Shown in pieces: positions 1 to 13,182 of a stretch of DNA of 64,000 bases. Origin of the DNA: Raillietiella orientalis (Eukaryota); the NCBI GenBank assembly GCA_036172245.1, contig JAYWIR010000001.1:7006001-7070000 (forward strand), given 5' to 3'. Below the pieces are notes generated by a model. It did no database searches. It had not been told where the DNA came from and saw only the letters and a program-made list of their open reading frames with translations. Within the stretch, counting starts at the first letter, position 1. Each line of letters starts with the position of its first letter. The position numbers and the translations under genes were made by a program.

Positions 1-668
1 GGGTTCCCTTTGGACAAGAAAAAATGAAGAGGACCCCTTCGGGGGTCCCTCCGGAGGGAATGAAGAAGGAGGTTATCTTCGAGGTTACCTTCGGAGACAA
101 CCAGGGTGGAGATTCCCTTCGGGGCTCCCTCTCCAGTGTGAGAGGAACGGACTCCGTCCTCCGGAGCCCTTCCTGGATTCAACAGTCTCCCTGGATACCC
201 CTTCACATAGAAGGCGATCCTGCGAAGACAGTGGGAACTGCGAGAGACGCAGCTTGCGGTAGTGCGGCACCACGCACGAAGAGGAGTCTGAAGAAGTTCC
301 TGGGACCACCCGCCGGGAATCCTAGGATTGTCACGAGGCAATCCCAAAGATGTCGGAGGGCAGCATGGTCCAACAGCAAGTGCGGGAGGGTCTCCTTCTC
401 CCTGTTCCACTTAACACCCTTCTCCTCCCAATATCTTGCGGTGAAGGCGCGCTTTGCATGGGATTCCCCAGTGCAACATCAACGCCGACTCCCGCTATTT
501 GATGGAGGAAAGGGGGAGCGCCTCTGTTCCAGCACGCTGGGGGGCACTTCTCCTCCTTTGGAGAAACGTCGAGCAGCTCTCCCCAGCTTAAGGTGGGACA
601 ATCGGTGTCTCAGAGTCCTTCACTTCCCAGGTTGTCCACGTCCTCAGGAGTTACTTCTTTGCTGCTAA
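1..668 (+). mobile_element. Degenerate Tx1/L1-like LINE fragment (end of ORF1, start of APE endonuclease)
   Basis: ORF 24..668 contains TVGT...KRSLKKFL...IVTRQ...AWSNSKCGRVSFSLF, resembling an APE endonuclease N-terminus. Bases ~75-190 are an inverted, diverged copy of ~870-1000 and ~5375-5430. Confidence 0.45.
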
Positions 669-849
669 GCAGCAAGTCACTTTCCATCTTGCCGAGATTA
701 TGCTAACCCTCGTAGTTGTCCCTCAGGGAAGGCAGCACTGGGGCAAGGGGAAGGCGATGGAAATCCTTCGAGGCTCCTTCAAGGTTCCTTCCATCTTTCT
801 TTTTTTTTTTCCTTTTTTCGTCACCCGAGAGTGTGGCGTGTCAACTCTT

Positions 850-2330
850 CAAGTTAGTTTTCCGAGGGGGGACACCCAATGAATCAAAGAAGGATTCCGG
901 AGGAGGAAGGAGTCCGCTCCTCTTACGCAAGGGACGAAAATCCCGAAATGAATCCCTTCCTTATTCCCTCTGGAGGGACTCCCCGGAGGAAAAAGCTCCA
1001 TTATTTCTTCTCCGTATAGACCCCCCCGAAAGAATCCGCTCATCGTTTCTGCTCCTCTGAAGAGAACTCCGAAGGGACGCCTCCAAATTTCTCTGAAGAG
1101 TCGCTCCCGAAGGGAGCGGCGCGCTCCTTCACACTCCGGAGAGGTGCCAATCAACCAGCTCCGTGGTGCAAGATGGAGGGTCCCCCTCCAGACGAGGGAG
1201 GACGGCTCCATTTGCGTAACCGGAGGGGAGCCTCGAAGGGAGCCGACTCCTCGATTCCTGGAAGACCCTTCCCTTCAGCCTCCAAATCCCGGCCAGTCAG
1301 CGGGAGCAGAACCCGGTTTCCGGCTTCCGTCGGTGCCGCCGCACCCGAAGTCTACAGACCGACCAGAAACACCCTGCGGGAGAAAGGGAGAGCTCTCGAA
1401 CTTAACGACGCATCCCCATTTCTCTAGCGTCGATCCTTCCTCCCCCCGGCGGGAACCCGCGACGCCCAGCGCCGCGAGACACGCGGCCAGAAGCGGCCTC
1501 CGCCAGCAATTTCATCTGCAGCCTCGCCCTATTGGCGGCCGCCCGGTCATTTCGGGGCTCCTGTCGAAGGAGCAGCAAACATGCAGGAGTGGCGGTGTGG
1601 CACGTGGTTCGTCCAAGCTCGTCCACACAGGGAATCTGACAAGGGTACCGATGCGCAGACCGGAGAGGTTCGCCTCCCCGAAGCAGAGAGGGGGGAGGGG
1701 GTGGGATCGCAGCCTGCTTGAAGACACCCCCTGCATCTGCCCGCAACTGCGCCTCGCTGATGATTTGCCGCCGTTCGCCTTCCGTAGGGAAAGCGACGCG
1801 CTGCGGCGAGGGAGGTGCGAGCACCCACGCTGGGATCCCCCAGGGCGCGCCTACCTGGACCGGTGCCGTAACCGCTGAGGAGGTGCGGTGGCGGGGGGGG
1901 GGAGGAAGACACGGCGAAGAGTCCCCCTCCGGCTTGCTGGGGGAAGGGTCTACTGGTGGACCCGCTTGCGGGCGTCCGTCCACATCCGTTGCTCAAAGGA
2001 CGACCCTCCCCCTCCGGCTGAGGTCCCTTCATTTTAATAAAAACAGGACGCGGGGGAGCCACATCGGCGTTACCTGGAGGTCAGCTGGAAAATTCCTACT
2101 CCTGTATCCTGTTGCTCCTGTCTGTCCGTCGTTCCGGGATCAGCTCTCGCGGAGAAGGAGGAAGTCAGGCGCTTCCGCTCTCCGCCGCGGAGAACCCGAG
2201 GAGTCCAACACCGTCCGTCCCGAGGCGGGACGAACGGTGGGAGCTGACGCGAGCGAGGGCCATGAAAAGGGGAAGCGCTGGGGGAGGAGAAGAGTTCTTG
2301 CCGAAGGTCCCAGACTTGGGAGCGAGAAAG
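850..2330 (-). mobile_element. Degenerate Tx1/L1-like LINE fragment (ORF1 C-terminal region), dispersed repeat copy
   Basis: ~1000-1470 aligns by eye in the same orientation with ~52920-53325 and, in part, with ~5330-5480 and 5790-5840. ~1680-1750 is an inverted copy of ~5020-5100. Confidence 0.5.
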
Positions 2331-2849
2331 TCTAGGCCCTTCCCTACCGGACCCTTAGTGCCCTTCAGGGGAACTAACCTGCATCGGGAAAAACCGCAAG
2401 CACCGGAGGCTGTAAGCTGCTCTCGATGACGTCAACGAGCTGCGTTTTTCAATATATTTTTTCTCTTATTGGTCACACTGTGGAATATCACGCGTTTATC
2501 CAGTTGGCGATTACATTTGTGGCACACGCAAGGAAAAGCACTTCGAATCTTCTCCACAAGATATTTGGCGCTAGGAATCACATAAAGGTTCCATGGCAAC
2601 CGGCCTTTTAAGTGTGAACGCCTATTTTCAATGGAACTGCAGCAAATGCTTACGTCATTTCGAACACGGAGATTGAAACACCATGGAAAAAAAAAATTTT
2701 TCAGGAACCTCCAAGTGCTCCGCAAAAAATGCTCGCAGGTGGAACCCTGAATGAATCCCGTCTGATGAATTTTTTTAGACGAATCTGAGGCCCGTCTTGG
2801 ATGCGGGGTCCGCACGGAGCGTGGGTTTCCCATTCGGTACGAATTTGGT

Positions 2850-5100
2850 ATTGCGATCGTCCCCATTCCCAATTTCACTCATCAGGAATTCATTCCGGGA
2901 TGTTTGACAGGAAAGAGAGGGCTTCGGAAAACGTGAAGCAGTCCGAATTCCGCGGTCATCATTCCTGCGGCGGATCTTACCGGCATCCAGTTGTCTGTCC
3001 ATCTCAGTCCACCGTTGTCGGGGTTGCATGATCCAGTTTGTGCGTTCTTTGCACCCGGGAGAGTTTCCTCGTCCACCGGCCATTCTTCAGTTGTCCCCGG
3101 AATACAGCATCCGTGATGGGACCGGCGGACCCTCGACGCTGCCGTCGCGGCGTCGCATGCAGCACCCTCTCTGCTCCAGCGCGGGAACCACTCGTGACAA
3201 ACCACCGCCTTCGGCAGGGCCACAGCCGCTTTCAACTCGGATGCGAGGATGAGGAGGCACACAGTAGGTGATGCAGCAGCAAATTGTTTTCGCGACTCCT
3301 TGCTCCTTCCGTTTTCGAGGACTCCTTTCGGCGGCGCATCCCAGAACTCCTCCCTCGATTTGCTTCCGTCAGGGTTCCTCGGCATCGAACCAAAATCCTG
3401 ATTTCGTTTTCTCAGCATCCCTACCTTTGATCCTTGCTGTTGACGTCCTTCGTTCCGTTGCCTTCGCCCTCCTCCCAGAGCTTGCTCTGCGAGCACACCC
3501 AAACCCTTCCCTCCTCTCGCAGCCCGACCAGAATTCTTGGTTCCCGCACGAAAAAAACGGGTTGCCGAAGGCGGTGCGCTGCAGGGCGCTTCGCACAAGT
3601 AGCGATAGGACACTCCTTCCTATTCGCAGCTTTTCAAGACTAGGACCGCCAAGTTCCAGAAGGATTCGGCACCTCGGATGACCGGGAAGCGCTCCTTGGA
3701 TGGCACCCTTGAAACAAAAATACTCAAGAGAACTATCCTGTATGCGGGATGAGCTGCCTTTGCTGCGAGCAAGCTTACCAAAAGTTTCTGTCTTTTTTTT
3801 TCGGTGCTGGTTCCTGATGCCATCGGAATCATCGCGCTCTTCCTTTTCTCACCATCTTCCTGCTGCTCCCAAAGCAGCACGAGAAGTCCTTGAAAGCTGC
3901 CGTGGGACATTCTGTTGCGTAGCAACCCTATGCTCCCGGACCGTGCAGGAAAAACGCTGGGGCGAAGAACAGCCTCTCACATAATGATTGATTGCCGTTG
4001 TGTGAGCAGCGTGGCCATCCAGGAAATCCCAGAGAGGGAGGGATGAAAAAGTCCGGAGCTCTCCCACCCCTGCGCTTAATCCCCATCAACTCGCGCTTCT
4101 TGGCAGCCTGGAACTTTGTGGTCGTTCGCAGCATCCGCTGAGGCCCTTCCACTCCCCTCACGTTGCTCTGGCGCGGTTCCTCATAAGGCGAAGGTCGACC
4201 TGTGGAACCCCTGGAAACCCGGCATCCAGTTCCGAAGTTGGAATTCCTGGCGCCCCTCAGCTGCAAGTCGGACGTCCTGCGCTCGGAGCGCCGAAGAGAA
4301 CGACCGCCTAGAAGCAGATTTCATAAAGCGCTCGCCTAGTGCGAGGACCGATACTCCCGGGCGGCGAAAGAGCTGGCCACGATGCTCCCGCTGCTACTGC
4401 CGCTGTCCGCTCAGCAGCAGATGATGCGCATTGGGAACGTCATCCTTGACGAGGGGGTATCGCCAAGAAACCGCTGGCGACTAGGCGCTCGAGAACCTGA
4501 ACGAGCAGCTGAGAGACTCCACGGGACTCAAGCAGAACGCGGACGAGCGCGCGGCACGCCGGCCGAGGACCGACGCTCCCGCAAGCGCTTCCTGCACCGC
4601 TGAGGGAAGTGCTGACTGTCGAAGTCAGGGAGCTGTGGGAGGGCATCCGGAGCAGCGAGGAGCTGCACAGGGCACTCTCTCGGAGGCGGGCGGCCACCAG
4701 CGCGACCATTGCCTCCCTGCGTTGCCTCCTGATGAGTGCCTTCCACCCCCATCTCACCCCTTGCGACCCACCACTTTCTCTCCATCCGTCATTTCCGACA
4801 TTGCATCAGGAACGGCTTCGTCGCCGAAAAGAAAGGGAAGGAGGGAACGCTCCTTGCACCTCGGAATTCCCTTACAGGCGAAATTGGGATAGGCGGCAAC
4901 CTGAAAAATGCCTCCGACGACTGGAGCGACTCCAGGAGAGGACGGGACGGAAGGGACGCCGCCCAGTGCGCCATCTGCTTTCTGAAGGCAGCAGCCGGAT
5001 AGACCCACTGGAAAGCTCTCAGGTGGAACTGCCTAGAAAGGATGAAGGGGGCTTCTTCAAGCAGGCTGTGATCCCATCCTGTACCCCCTCCCTCCCACCC
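2850..5100 (+). mobile_element. Degenerate LINE ORF2 remnant (endonuclease/RT)
   Basis: Decayed motifs in plausible order across frames: VIIPAADL (~GDFN, ~2955), TNHRL (~SDH, ~3195), GKRSLDG (~KSPGxDG, ~3685), CRCPLS (~QGCPLS, ~4400). Many frameshifts. Confidence 0.4.
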
Positions 5101-5299
5101 TTCTAAAGTTCTGCCTTTTTCCCGCTTCGCCGCTCCTCCGGCATGAAGGAACATCGGAAGCACACCGGGCACTCAAGTGACGGGAGCGGCCACAGGGCTA
5201 CTGGGATGCTGGAGTGTCTCTTCCCTCTCGCAAAAGGTCATCCTGGATGACCGACACACTGCGGATGCCTCACCTGCGCCTCAGGAGGAGATCCAGGGT

Positions 5300-6700
5300 C
5301 GCTTTCCCGTTGTCAGCACGCTCGAAGGAGTTTTTTCCCTTATTTTTCTTGGAAGAGGAACTTCCTCCTGGTCGTCCTCAAAGGGAATTTCTCCTCTCCT
5401 GGTTTCTCCTTCGAAGGTGACCCCGAGGGGACCACTCCTCGTCTCTCCTCTATAGAGAATCCCGGAAGGAACGCTTCCACCACGCTGAAAGGAAAATCCC
5501 GAGAGAGAGTCAACTCGATGACACGATGGAGGACGACCTGGGATGGAATCGACCACTTGATGCAAACTGGAGGGAAACTACGAGGTCCCGTAACTCCTGA
5601 AAGTGCCTCGGAAGGTCTGTCCCCCAGTTCCGGCTAGTAGACACCCGGTCTCTCCAACGTGTGTGAGAGCCATGCCAGTGCCCGTGGGTCAACCAGCTTC
5701 ATCCTGCAGAGGGAGAGGAAGGGGGAACTCGAAACCCATGACCCACCCACCCCTTCATCCATGGCATCGACCACTCACTGGTTGGATTTGAACCCGCGAC
5801 GCCGCTGAGTGGCTCTCGCTCATGGCAGCCGCCAGCTCGGACGACGTTTCCGTGGAGCGCCAACTCCGGGAGCACCTCCCCACCCCTTCCGGGATTCTTC
5901 CTCTCCTGCTGCCCTGGTGCCTCCCCTCCCCAACAAGGAGGGCTTAGGCTTCCCCTTCTGGAAGAGGGAGAATGTTTGCACAAGTGGAGAAACTCCTGGG
6001 CTGTAGAGAAAGCCCCCCCAACACGTCCACGCCCTTCGTCCAGGAGAAGGACCGAAGCTTTAAGCTCGGAACCGGAAAAAGAACTGCGCGTCCCACCATG
6101 AGTTAGGGCACATCGGTGCTCTCCCTCAGAAGGAGGTGGCGATACCAGTGGTTCTCCTCTTGCGGCGGGGCCCCCCTTTGCAGCGAGTGCCCGCACCATG
6201 TGGCTAACGGAAGGGGAAGGAGCGAGCCCACGGAATGCGGCCCCATCGCGCGCCTCCGTCCGGCCATCGCGTTGGCGTCGTCTCCCCATCAGCTGCGGGA
6301 GCAACCGGCTTCAGTGCACTCCTGCATGCCGGAGATACGCCGGCTTAGCAGCTGCTGGGTCGCCTCTCCTCTCGAGATGAACCTCCCGTCCGCCGCTGCG
6401 ACCACGCGACGCCGCGTCACATTCCGCAGCATCCTGAAGGCGTTCCACCCGCTGGAACCACACCGAAGGCAGCGGGTGGTCACCCGCACTCCTACCTCCT
6501 CTACCAAGAGGGAGGTTCGCAGGTGGTCCCGCGTCAGCAGGGAGATCGCCCACATCCTACAAAGGCTGCAGGAGATGAGCAGCAGTTGCCGGTGTCCCCT
6601 GCCGGGAGCGGTTCCCGGTTGACTCGGTCGGAAGCCTTCCCGAAGTTGACCACCCCCGTTTCACCCCTTTCTTGAGTGGGACTCAGGAGTGCGAATTGTG
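5300..6700 (-). mobile_element. Degenerate Tx1/L1-like ORF1 (gag-like zinc knuckle)
   Basis: ORF 6289..6555 reads LRTSLLVEEVGVRVTTRCLRCGSSGWNA, like the Tx1 ORF1 segment leading into a CCHC knuckle. The downstream part is homologous to the 850-2330 copy. Confidence 0.5.
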
Positions 6701-7449
6701 GCTGCGGCCTGAGACGGGTCTGTGCCCGAAGCGGGAGATCGCTTCTCGTGTCACTTCCGGGAAGAGCGAGAGTCTGTTTCGGAACAGTCACAGGGTTCGC
6801 CAGTCGCGCAGCCCTCGGGCCGGGAGGGGATTCGGATGCGCCACCTTGCCGATAGGGAGCAGCTCCAAGGGACTCCGATCTGCCGCGATACGTGCAGCTG
6901 ACAAAGCGCCTCAGGCAGCCCCCCCTGCCCTCCCAAGGGCCCACCGACAGAGACGGTTGCGCGCTCCGAGGGTTCGTGCCCATGCGGGGACGGGTGGGAG
7001 GTTTTTCCCTGTGGTGGTGCGCACCTCCTCCGTAGAAGCAGCTAGCTGTGGTCACCTTGACGTCCAGCAAACGTGGCGCTCCGCGTTTGCCCCTTGGCGT
7101 TCCGCCAGAGCAACGGGTGCTGCGCACCGAAGGCCGCGGGCAGCTGCTGAACAGGGAAGGGAAGAGAGACGGGACTCCCTGGTGGCACCCTCGGAACGGT
7201 GACGGCCCTGGAGGTTCGCGGATGGCGAAACTGCGCAGGAAGCGGTGGACGAAACCCTTCTCTCCCGGTTGGCTCAGCCATCAGATGCTCATCGGAGGCC
7301 CCCTCCAGGTGCACCGACTCTGGTTCGATCCTGGAATAACCCAGACTACGTCGCTGACCTTCGTCTCCTTCCGCGCCCGACCCGCAGGCACAGGTAGGCG
7401 CACCAAAAGACGTGAAAGGTAGCGGAGGTCTCATGGTCAACCGAACCCA

Positions 7450-8570
7450 GGTTCGTGAGCCGACAAGCTGGTTGCGGATGTGCTCAATTCGCTGACCTAG
7501 CCCACGGGATTCGAGTCACCCGGTAGCAGGCGGACGTCAAAGCTGCCCACCGTCAGGTGAACAGCATCGGCATCAGAGGCGGAGAGCCACTGCGCGGGAA
7601 ATGAGTCGATGAGTCGACGACGCTCCGCGCATGCGCGGCAGTCGCTGGACCCGTAAACGTTCGTCACGATGTCAAGTCGATCGAGTCGGACCACCTGATG
7701 ACAGGATGGCCCATCTGACTACACTTGTCAGTGACCGCGCCTGTGGACGGTTCTCCTTCGCAGTTCCAGCCTCCGGGCACCCGAGGTTTAAGCCACTGGA
7801 CCAAGCCTGCTTGTCTTTGGCATTTGGCTGGCCTTCCGGTTAGTGGTTTTGTTCTGCAGGCTCGGTCACGTAGGTCTCCGCTCGGGCACCGTTCTGAAAG
7901 TGTTCTATTCGGCGCGTCCAGAAAAAGTCACGTCCGTATTGGATGTTGCCAGAGAAAAAGTTTACAAGCGAGGCCCTTGTCTCACATCCTGGTCAACTAA
8001 CAGTGCATCTTCACGGGCAGAACGGCGGTGGTCTCGCCTGCCTGTCGCTGCTGCACAGATGAGACGAACGCCGGCGTGGACACCAGCAGACTTTCCTGTC
8101 AAACGGGAAGAACCTATGGGAGCCGCCAGCAGCCGCCCCGCAGAGAAAGTCCGGAAGTGAAAACGAGCGCACGAATGCCTCTGACCGCGAATCGAAGAGC
8201 CGTAGAATCGCTGCTGTCCAGAAGATGGATCGGAAGAGAAGAGGAGCACATCATAGTCGACGTCTTCCGCCGCCTTCTCTTCTGGCGGATAGAGGGGGCA
8301 GCGCGGCTTCCGCAGTCAGAAAACGCCTGTCCAAACACGGCTGCTCTTCGGATGTTCACGCAGAAGCGAAGGGTCTCCGGCTGCAGCGGAAAAACTGGAA
8401 GGAACTCCGGAGGGCAGCGCATCTAGCGGCCCATCTCCAGAAACTGGGATCTCTTGGTAAAAAGCCAAGGGAGCTACAGACCCTCATCAAGATGGCTCGA
8501 GCTGCATTGAAACTTTCAGGATGGCATTTCCATATCGGAGTGGATTGTAGCCATTCTGCTTCTCGAGTCA
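7450..8570 (-). mobile_element. Degenerate LINE ORF2 remnant
   Basis: PIWKCHPES (~WKLN after the endonuclease) and RLTGKSAGV (~KSPG.DG) in the expected order on the minus strand. Confidence 0.4.
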
Positions 8571-8757
8571 TCCCTGACTTTTATCCTTCCTCCAGGAGTT
8601 CATCTTCTTGCAGTCTTCCATCCTGCTCGGTTGGGTGAAGGACAGAAAATGTTTGAAGCGTAAACTTTCCATCCGTCCTTCGAAGGATGAGAAACATTTC
8701 ATTCCTTGTTACCAATGTTGCAAAGTCACGCCTTAATGACCCTCTGCTCCCCTTTCT

Positions 8758-9203
8758 AAAATTTCTTCTCAGAGGATTTTCTGGCCTTTTCACACACGTA
8801 GTTTGAAGTACGGCAGACTTTGTCGGAGCACGCTCATCAAGGTGAATCCTTCTTTGATTCAAAGATGCAAGACGCATTTCCACAATCTGTTGTGTGGCGC
8901 TCAGCTCATCCTGGACAGCAGCCGATATATTTGGTTGGCCCCTCCAGCGAGCAAGAACAATTCTTCGCGAGGTAGTTTCGTTCCGAATTCTGAGCCTACA
9001 TGTAATGGAGATGGCTCGACCCTTAGTAGCCTGAGGAACTACATCTCCGCCTTGGATGGGGAGCGAATGCCGCTGTTCGACACCAGAATATCCTACACCT
9101 TTGAAGAATATCAGAAATACGAGATGAAGGAGATGCTGAAAGATGAATGTGGCCGAAGATAACAGTGGCCATCAAGGACAGACTCACGACTGAGATCAAC
9201 TGA
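8758..9203 (+). pseudogene. EXOSC2: Exosome component RRP4 C-terminal fragment, intronless, frameshifted
   Basis: HTRSLKYGRLCRSTLIKVNPSLIQRCKTHFHNLLCGAQLILDSSRYIWL...LRNYISALDGERMPLFDTRISY closely matches RRP4 (HTRSLKYGKL..VKRQKTHFHDLPCGASVILGNNGFIW..LRNCI). Frameshifts near 8790 and 9150; GxNG motif changed to DSSR; no N-terminal half. Confidence 0.85.
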
Positions 9204-9519
9204 CTTTCAAAGTATTTTCTGTGTTTTTTCTCCTGCCCGTGGTAATGTTTACCTGATGAAAGAGAAATAAATTTCTGATCCGCACGTGCATCCTGAACGT
9301 CCTTCCGTTTCTTCTTCTCTAGAAGACCAGGGTGTCCTCTCTTCGGTGCACTTTCTACTTCGGATGGCTGCTTCAGCACACTTCAGAGATGGCTTTGTGG
9401 GACGGAGGGAGCGCGCGGAGAGCACAGGAAGATCAGCCCGACGCAGGAAGTCCAGAGCAGGAGGGAAAGGGACTATAAATGAAAAAAAAAAAGAAAAAAA
9501 AAAAGGAGGGCAAGGTTAG

Positions 9520-10720
9520 GGACCGATCTGAGCTTTCTCCTCAGAACTGACGCAGAGAGTGCTGGTGACCTTCCGTCGCTGTGCGCGCGCCACTCCAACA
9601 CACATGGCGGGCAGCCCACCACGGGGAGGAGACAACGGAACGTCGCAGCCACCGCCCCTAGCGGAAGGTCGGCCGCGCGCGAAGAGCCGCCGCAGCAGGT
9701 TACGAGCACCGTCCTCCTGGCTCGGGAGCGCTGAAGGCCGCAGCTCTTGGAGGACCCACCGTGGTCCTGAAACCGGTGCGCGGGGAGGACCCGACCGTCC
9801 GGCGCCTCAGGCAGACAGTTCCGGAGGTGCCAGTCCTTCTCCGGGAACGGTGTGTCGGGGCTGTCTGCGTTGGAAACCCTCCGTGCAGGAAGAGAGTCGC
9901 CCCGTCCTTTTGCTGCTGCAGGGAGAACTCCGAAGCGTCCAGGACACAGAAAAGGGACCACAGGTTCCTTCGGGGAGTTCTCCATCCAACGACTTGGGGC
10001 GGCGGCTTCCGCCACGTCTCTCGCCTTCCGGCCGTCAAAGAGTTTGGTCACTCCTGCAGTGGTGCAGGAAAACAAAATTCCACCTTATCGGCTGGCAGAT
10101 GTCGTTGTGGGCTGCGAGAGGCTGCACATTGCGATGCTTGCGGCCCTGCGCCTGACGACCCAAGACCTCTCCGAACGGACGGACCCTGGGAGCGAACGGC
10201 TATGGAAGTGATCCCCTCCGGCAGCTCAGCGCCAAAGGTGCCTCCGTCCATCCTTCCTGAAGTGTGCTCGATTCCTGACCTTTCCATCCTTCCACAGGTA
10301 CCCCTGTTCACGTCCTCTTCAGCATCGAGTCTGGGGTTACTTTGTATCAGATTCCACCGTCGGGTGGAGATGAAGTGGCCAATCGGTCGTCGGTAGCGAC
10401 TCAAGAGATTTCGAGAGCGATTCAAGAAACACTCGTGGGTTCTTCCGCTCTCCCTCAGCCGTTTGACACTGGTCGAATGCCGCCGATGACTAACGGGTGC
10501 AAAAAGAGGAAAAATTCGAGCAATCTCCACAAGTGGTGCTTCGTCCTCACCCGAAAGTGGAATCACCAGAGGTGATGGATAATCCACGTGTTTTACGTCT
10601 GCATCACGGCTAACTTCGACTAGCATGCAATTAACAAAGGGGTCCCTATGCCGCCATGGACCTGGAATGCCACTGGGTAACCACGACACCCAGGCTGTGG
10701 TTTCTCGGTGGGAAACCACA
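9520..10720 (+). mobile_element. Degenerate Tx1/L1-like ORF1 and start of ORF2
   Basis: Knuckle-like KEFGHSC and CRCG...HC (~10030-10150), followed by TWNATG (~TWNVRG endonuclease start, ~10660). Confidence 0.35.
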
Positions 10721-13182
10721 GCCTGGTTTCATGTGAGGTTTCATGTGAGGGGTCAGACCCAGCTGCTCCTCCCGTGATGGGTATCATCCAATTTTCCATC
10801 GAGGAATAATTGTATGCTCTTATTAGCTATATGTAGATTCTGCATGTTACATGGCACACATGGTACATACAATGTACAATGAACCCTAAAATCAATTATG
10901 AATTAACATGGATATTAACGTACTATTGCGTACAATAATTCAATGCTACGAAATGAAATGTTTCTCTTCATCCTCTACGCATTTCACGTCTTCACATTTT
11001 AATCATGAGCTTTAACTGGGATTTCGAACCTACACTTGCAATTAATATTTTTTTTTTTTTAATTCCAGCAACTTTTCCGTATAAATGCTAGACGTTGCTC
11101 TACTTGATATGCCTGAGGGATCCAGTTTGCAAAGGTCCCCAGCCGTCAACATGATTTATGCTTCAAGGAGATCTACTTTGGATCCATTCCGTGTATTCGC
11201 TCACCTTGTTCACGCTGTCGGTGCTTCTTCAAGTTGAGAATCATTGGATCTTTTTGATCATCCCTTCGTGTTTCGAAATAACCTCTGTGCATCTGCCATC
11301 TACAGAATTAATTCGAGACCTATAGGTTTAGTGGACAGCAAAGATAGTGTTCGAAGCTCGTCCAACAGTCTTGCCAGAACTGCCAAACGCTCTGTCTATA
11401 AGACCCACACATGTAAACTAGCACTTTTTATTACAAGTAAGGGGTGCCAGCGTTGACTCCTATTTTCAACTGCATTAATTCTGCCATATTAGAATTCTGA
11501 AAATGAATGAATGAATTTGCTGCATGTAATGAGCAAAACTCTTTAACCACCACCAAAAGGAAATGATCAAACTTTTACTCAAAACCAAATGCTGCTGAGT
11601 TCAAGCGTTCTTGAAATTCTTGAAACACCATGTCGAAGAAGCTAAATAGCAGATCAAATGTAAACTTGTTGCTAACAGACTGAGCATCATTATATTCCCA
11701 ACTTTGTGCATGTTTTTAACCATATTAGTTGCATCTCTCATTTTTGTTGTAGATGAAATGTTCCAATTTCTTGGATAAAAGATGATAAAAGAGATCTCAG
11801 TTATCAAATAAACATAATTTTTCAGTGTAGCGACTTTCAATGAACTTTATGGTTTCCACTTCTACGCCACATAATTTCCAATGTACGTAATATTCAACTG
11901 ATGTGATAAAATGAGTATATCAATATTAAAAACTCTAAACTAAATTACCTCGCCCTTTTTATTTATTCTATAATATTCTTTTTATTTATTCTTTATAATA
12001 TTCTAAACATTCATGGTATTCATAAGTAAAGGCATATTCTTCATCGCTTCCAAAGTTATAACTGTGGATACTATGCTCTAACCAATATGAATTTATTTAA
12101 CTGAATACTATTGATTAATCAATTCCTTACATTCATGACAATGTGAAGAATCATTTTACAGAGTTGCATGGAATTACGTAAGCCTTTATCTTAATTCTTC
12201 ATATGAAATTACCCACTATAAAATCATCATTATTTCCTTAGGTTCATTTATTAAAATATTATTTAGGATTTGATCTTGCTACTGTCTTCTAAAAAATAAC
12301 GAATTTGGCAGGAAATGTTTTGTGGGAAAGGAGTCGGGGGAAGGATGATGCTTCAGGCGTCATCATCAGTCATTTAAGACGCGCAGGTTTCGCTAAGGCA
12401 CTTCCGCGTGCTCCCGGCAGCTTGCCCTAAAGAATTCGCATCCCTCTCAAGGAGGAAGGGAGGGAAGAGGCTCGAAAAACTGCTGGAAAAACTCACATAG
12501 GCAAGCCGCAGCATTCCAGGGCTTCCCCGTGCTTTGTAAGTGGACTTCAACAACCCGCAAAATGCTCCGATTCGCTTTGTTTCGTTTTCCAGTTGCCGTA
12601 ATTTTCCGATACTCCCATCCGCGCGCTAAATTCAGTGGACCACGGAAGGTTTCGTTTTTCTGAAAAGGAAAAGGGGGAAAAAAAAGAAAAAGTATTCCGG
12701 CGGAAGACGGTGTGTTCCTTTCTTATTTGCAAGCCAAAATTCACTTCGCACGAATGAAAATTCCAGTGGTCATGTGAATTTCGATTCTTGTCGCCACTCG
12801 CGTGACAAAAGACCTAAACATCAAGTCATTTCAAAATGTCACCACAGCACCTTTCGGGAACACTTCTTCCTTTGTGCTTCCGTGCATTATTCTCCGATTT
12901 TCTCACGGATTGCCTGCAGGCCTCCACGAGTAAGGCTGCCTCCCAAATACTTGATCTCCGCAAAGAGGAACCTCGAACATCTTACCTTTGTTCGGTGATT
13001 TCATTATTCTTAGGTGAGCGGATAAAAGCGCTCCCCACAATGGGGGAAACTCCAGCTTCATTCCGTCCAGAAGCATCCATTCCATCCAAATGGCAAGAGA
13101 TTAGGGATGCTGAATGGACCGTTTCTGGATCCTTGAACGGGAACAATCCGGGAGTCGGATACGAAGTGTTGAGGGATCCCTA

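Noticed and set aside
2862-2892. Minus-strand CTGATGAGTGAAA as a hammerhead ribozyme core
   Set aside because: No stem II between the conserved boxes and no closing stems.
5780-5845. tRNA or SINE-like B-box (gtcgcgggttcaaatcc on minus; similar at ~1455 and ~53310)
   Set aside because: No cloverleaf could be built; the motif lies inside the repeated LINE ORF1 segment and is broken in the 1455 copy.
24-10719. Dozens of overlapping 100-240 aa ORFs as genuine genes
   Set aside because: Arg/Pro/Gly/Ser-rich ORFs on both strands are expected in GC-rich decayed LINE DNA; only broken retroelement motifs are recognisable.
11050-11900. AT-rich pseudo-coding stretch on the minus strand
   Set aside because: Looks like decayed coding DNA, but no family could be assigned with support.
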